In this document: positions 58,491 through 64,000 of the stretch, piece after piece | Layout of the letters: every line of letters begins with the position of its first letter | Position numbering within the stretch: the first letter of the stretch is position 1 | NCBI GenBank assembly: GCA_963693365.1 | Contig: CAVNZM010000004.1 | Span: 516,448 to 580,447, forward strand | DNA length: 64,000 nucleotides | From: Amoebidium appalachense | Lineage: Eukaryota; Protista; Ichthyosporea | Direction: 5' to 3' | Made by a program: the position numbers and the translations under genes | Notes under the pieces: model-generated | Databases searched by the model: none | The model's input: only the letters and a program-made list of their open reading frames with translations | Told to the model about the DNA's origin: nothing

Positions 58491-61400
58491 TCAGTCACGG
58501 AGACTGAGGTTGGCACGGTGTGTGTCGTGGGCCGTACCAGCCAGAGGCTTGGTGAAGATGTCGGCCAGGTTCTTCTTGGTGTCGATGTAGGTGACAGTGA
58601 CGTCCCCACTGTTGATGTAGTCCTTTGTGTTGAAGTAACGAACGGCAATGTGCTTGGTCCGGTGCTTGATGGTGTTGGAGTGGACCAGAGCAATGGTGGA
58701 CTGGTTGTCACAGTACACGGGGGTGGGCTCGGTCATGGGGTAGCCCAGCTCCTTTAGTAGATCACGGTGCCAGACAACATCTTGCACGGCAGCATTGAGG
58801 GCCAGGAGCTCGACCTCACACGTGGAGGTTGCAGTGATCGTCTGCAGCTTGGAGTGGTAGGTGACGGGGGAGCCTTCGAGGAGGATGACGTACCCAGACG
58901 TGGAACGACGGGTGGTGGGGCAACCAGCAAAGTCAGAATCCGAGTAGCACTCAAGGATGGGCACCTTGCTGTTGGGGGCCTTCTTCTTGTAGTAGAGGCC
59001 GAGGTTGATGGTGCCGAGCAGGTAACGAACGACACGGAGGAGAAGCTCCCAGGCAGTCTTGGTGGGCTTGGAGCTGAATCGGCCGAGGTAGCCAATGGCA
59101 TACGAGATGTCAGGCCGGGAGCACCGAGCAACCCACAGCAGACGGCCGAGGAGTTCACGGTAGGGGACGGTGGTGGGCAGGGATGAGTGGGAGGTCTCGT
59201 TGATGATGGTGCCCACGGGAATAGGGGTGGCCTTAGGCTTGGCATCGACCAGGTTGAAGTCGGTGATGATGTCCTTGATGTAGGAGGACTGCAGCAGCTT
59301 GAGGGAGTCACGGGTGTACAGCAGTTGGGTGCCGAGGAAGATGTCTGGCAGACCGACCTTGCACTCGGCAGACTTCGTGATGTGACGAACAAGCCCCTGC
59401 ATGATGGTGGAGTTCCGTGTGCAGGTGATGATGGCATCTTCAACGTAGTTGCCCGAACGGATGATGTGCCCGTTGGGGAACTGACGGAAGTAGACACACG
59501 GATCGGAACGGAGACGGGTGAGGCCGTGGGCAATGAGAATGGAGTTGAAGAACTCGTACCATGCCAGGGATGCCTGCCTGAGTCCGTAGATGGCCTTCTT
59601 GAGTTTCCAGACTTTGTGTTCATTGCCAGGGAGGATAAAACCAGGAGGTTGCTCCATGTACAAAGTCTCGTCGAGGGGGCTGTTGAGGAAGGCCGTGCTG
59701 ATGTCGAGTTGATGGATCTCGTGGTCCTGTTGCACACCGAGGGCAAGCAGGGCACGGACGGAGGAGGACATGACGACGGGGGAAGAGTTTTCACCGTAGT
59801 CAACACCGTAGACTTGGGTGAAACCCTTGGCCACACCACGACCCTTGATCTTGGTGTCACCAGCAGAGTTGAGGACCTTCTCCGTGACAATCCACTTGAA
59901 TCGGATGATGTTGGCATCGGAGGGGGGCTCAACTACGTCGAAGATGTCCTTGTCGATGAAAGCCTTGTACTCGGCAGTGAGGGCAGTCACCACTTCATCA
60001 CCCTTGGTGCCAGAGCACAGCTTCTGAATTGACCGGGGCAGCTGAGACACATCAAGGCTGGGTCGGGAGATGCTCACCATAGCCATAGCAGGCCGGGAGG
60101 AGAGACGGGAGGAACGACGGGGAACGGTACGGAGGGGCTCAGGGGCCGGGGGGTTGTCTGTGACAGACACTCGGTGGTCGGGGATGGGGGCCTGGAAGCC
60201 AGGGATGGGTGCCGTGTTGAGGGGGGAGTCGGATAACACGGGGCTGGACGGGGCCGAGTGGAACTCCGGAGACCCAGGACGAACTGGGGTGAGATGACCA
60301 GGTACGTGGTCATTGACGGCAGGGGCCGGCAGCAGGGGTTGCTGACCGGTGGGGGGGGGGGGGTGGGTGGAGCCACGGGGGCAGGTACACGACGGGGGGA
60401 ACGACGGATAATCACCGACGGAATTTCATCGTCATCGGAATTGGAATTTCCGGAATGCAGGGATGAATCGATTGAGGTCGTCTGATTGGTGGCCTGCACA
60501 GAAATCTGATTGGATGCCGTGGTGAATTGTGATTCGTCGAAGACGACATCGCGGTAGAGGTTGACCGTGTTGCCACGTAGATTCATGATCTTGTGGGCTT
60601 TGTTGGTGATATCCCAGCCCACGTAGGTGCCGAGTTTGACGGTAGAGGCCAACTTGTCTCGTTTGGATGCAGGGACGTGTACATAGGCTGGGCAGCCGAA
60701 CACGTGCAGGTGGGAGATGTCAGGCTTGACACCGTAGAAAATTTCAAACGGTGTACGGCCATTGGCAGCTCTGGCCGGGGTCACGTTGATGATGTAGGCA
60801 GCATGCTTGAGAGCAGCTCCCCACAGTTTGGGGGAAAGGGAGTCGGCCTTGTCCTGATGAAGGAAGCACCGAACGATCTCCTGCAGATCCCTCATCTTAC
60901 GTTCAACGAAGCCGTTGAGTTGGGGGCAGTCAACCGGGGCAAATTCTTGAATGATGCCCTTGGACTGGCAGTACTGCTCCATAGCGTGGGAGGTGAACTC
61001 GGACCCAGAGTCTGAACGGAAGTGGGTCACCACCTTGTCGGGTTGCTTGTCAGTAGTCTCAACCAGGGCCTTGACGTATTCGAGAGTTTCGGATCGATCA
61101 CGGAGGAGGTACACGATGGTGTAGCCGGAGGCATCACAGGTACACACGAGGGCCACCTTGTAGCCACCATAGGAGTCACAGGGAGGCTCGAAGAAGTCCA
61201 TGTGCCACTTGGCACCGGGGGAGGGGCACTGGGTTCTGGTGCCGGAGAATGGGGCCTTGGTGGTCTTGCCGGAGACACAACCGAAGCAGTCAGTGGTGTC
61301 AGCCACTGAGAGGGATGAGGGGAGGCCTGTCACGAGGTCACCTCTCACCATCTTGGTGAGGGTGGACAGGGCACGATGGCCGAGACGGTGGTGCCAGAGC

Positions 61401-62914
61401 TGAGGATCATTGTTGACCTTGACGTTGGCTACCAGAGCAGTGACGGTCCGAGGGATGGAGGGACGTATCTCATAGTCAGTGATGAAGTACAGTCCATCTG
61501 TGCCTGTGAGGGAACACACGATGTTGCCACCACGAGTGTAGAGGTATGATGGGAATGCATCCTCATCATCGAGGTGGGCAAGGAGACCCGACTTGGAGGC
61601 CATTGAGGGTGATATCAGGAAGGCTGGGGAGTCGGGTACATAGAGGGTATTGAGGCTCAGTACTGATGTTACTCCGTTGTAGGTGACGGCCAGGTTGATG
61701 ACACCACGGTGATGTGCAGTGACGATGCCGAGGCCGTGGACGTCAGTCGGGGGGCATGGCTCAAGAGTAGAGAAGTACTCTTTTACTGGGCACACGTGGA
61801 CGTTTGAAGCCGAGTCCCAGCAGGGGTCCATGGGTAGGGAGGCCGTGGTGGACACGAGGGCAAAATGCACCTCTTTTCCAGACTTGGTGTTGGCACGGTG
61901 ACGACGGGCAATTGAGCAGCCAGGTTTGTCACACTGTGTGACATGATGGTCTTCGTGACAGTAGGCACAGTCGAGGGAGCCAGTGGTCTTGGCTCGGGGT
62001 GGCTGGGAATGACGGTTACCCCCTTTACGTGGGGGGTAGGGTGACCGGGAACGATAGCCGGGGGAACGGGACCGTGAGTAATCACGGTCAACTGAGGGGG
62101 ATCGATCGGTGGGACGACCGCGGGGGTGACGGGAGACGGAGCTGTCACGTCGGGGGATCCGGTGTCTGAGGTCGTCCTTGGTGAGTACACGGCTTTGCAG
62201 GGCACGTGCTGTTCGGACGGTGGAGGAGGACCCGGACCCAGAGTCGATGAGACCTTCACGGATCTCTGCAGCTCTGATGTCACTGATTAGACGGTTGTAG
62301 GTCTCGTAGTTAATGGTACGACGGAAGTAGTCGGCAATCATGGCCTGGATGTCGGTACAAACTAACTTACGGTTCTTCTTGAGGTGGATGAAGAAGTTAT
62401 CAACCATAGTCTTGTGAGGAATGGGCTCTTCGAGGATGTGCAGGGTAGTGCACAGACGGCGTGCCATGGTGAGGTAGGCCGTGACGGTCTTGAAGTCTTT
62501 GAGTTCAAGCTCATGGTAGTCGAGGAGGATTTGACGAGCACGATCTTCACGTTCAGCCGCATAGGTCATACGGAGGTTGTGGAAAGCTTGGGCAGGTGAC
62601 ACATCATCGTGGATTTGACCAGAGTTATACAGCTCATCATTGGAGACGAGTTGAGTAAACATCTGTTCAAGGAGGTTGGAAGCCTCGGTGTAGGCCTCCT
62701 CAGTGTCGTAGCCGTGCCACTCATTCTCGTCGGAAGGGTCGACCCACTCGGGGGCCTTGATGACGGGCACTAACTTGGCCGCGGTGGTGGTACGTAGGTA
62801 CCGGAAGATGACGGGTTCCCACTCATAATAGGTGAGACGTTTGCCGGACTTCTTGTCCGTGGTGTCATCCCCTTTCCAGGGGGTGAGGTTGAGATACGCA
62901 GGTTTCTCCGACAT
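58491..62914 (-). CDS. Copia gag-pol polyprotein (split by one frameshift in the G13 run at 60351-60363)
   Basis: Zn knuckle CAYCHEDHHVTQC; protease WDSASNVH; integrase WHHRLGH..CFGC and D(HMDF)-D(RSDSGSEF)-E(NGFVER); RT KGRGVAKGFTQVYGVDY, QLDISTAFLN, LKKAIYGLRQA, YVED; RNase H YSDSDFAG, STCEVE, CDNQS, ADIFTKPL. The downstream frame stays open back to the homopolymer. Confidence 0.95.
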
Positions 62915-63033
62915 GGTGATCAATCAGTCAGATGATGCGTGAGAGAGGAATCAGATCGGTATTCAAATTTGAATATTTTTGATTGCAGCGAGAGTATGTG
63001 TTTGCGAGAGCGTGCGAAAATGGGCCTTTAACC

Positions 63034-63988
<955 letters not shown>

Positions 63989-64000
63989 GGGGGAGAGGGG

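Overview
Eukaryotic genomic DNA, probably from an intron-rich unicellular eukaryote (possibly a holozoan; this is an inference). Introns and intergenic DNA are saturated with (CA)n/(GT)n, (CT)n and long poly-C/poly-G runs, so most entries in the ORF track are microsatellite artefacts. Spliced genes reconstructed by eye: an 11-exon nucleoplasmin-like FKBP (5955-15438 +); a class C GPCR whose ectodomain is a bacterial-type family-1 solute-binding protein (35147-23630 -); a head-to-head ABCG half-transporter with a Cys-rich ectodomain (~35612-44017 +); and mitochondrial monothiol glutaredoxin GLRX5 (49335-45951 -). Single-exon ORFs: a Leu/Phe-tRNA-protein transferase homolog (17768-18736 +) and a small secreted calcium-binding-EGF protein (50785-50204 -). 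Mobile and repeat DNA: a recent full-length Ty1/copia element (56832-63988 -, GGGGG TSD, atypical PBS, YVED RT motif), a TTAA-flanked 2.3-kb TIR element in an FKBP intron, a foldback MITE-like element (22480-22863), and a 71-unit 44/45-bp minisatellite in a GPCR intron. All calls come from manual reading of the sequence; no database searches were run.
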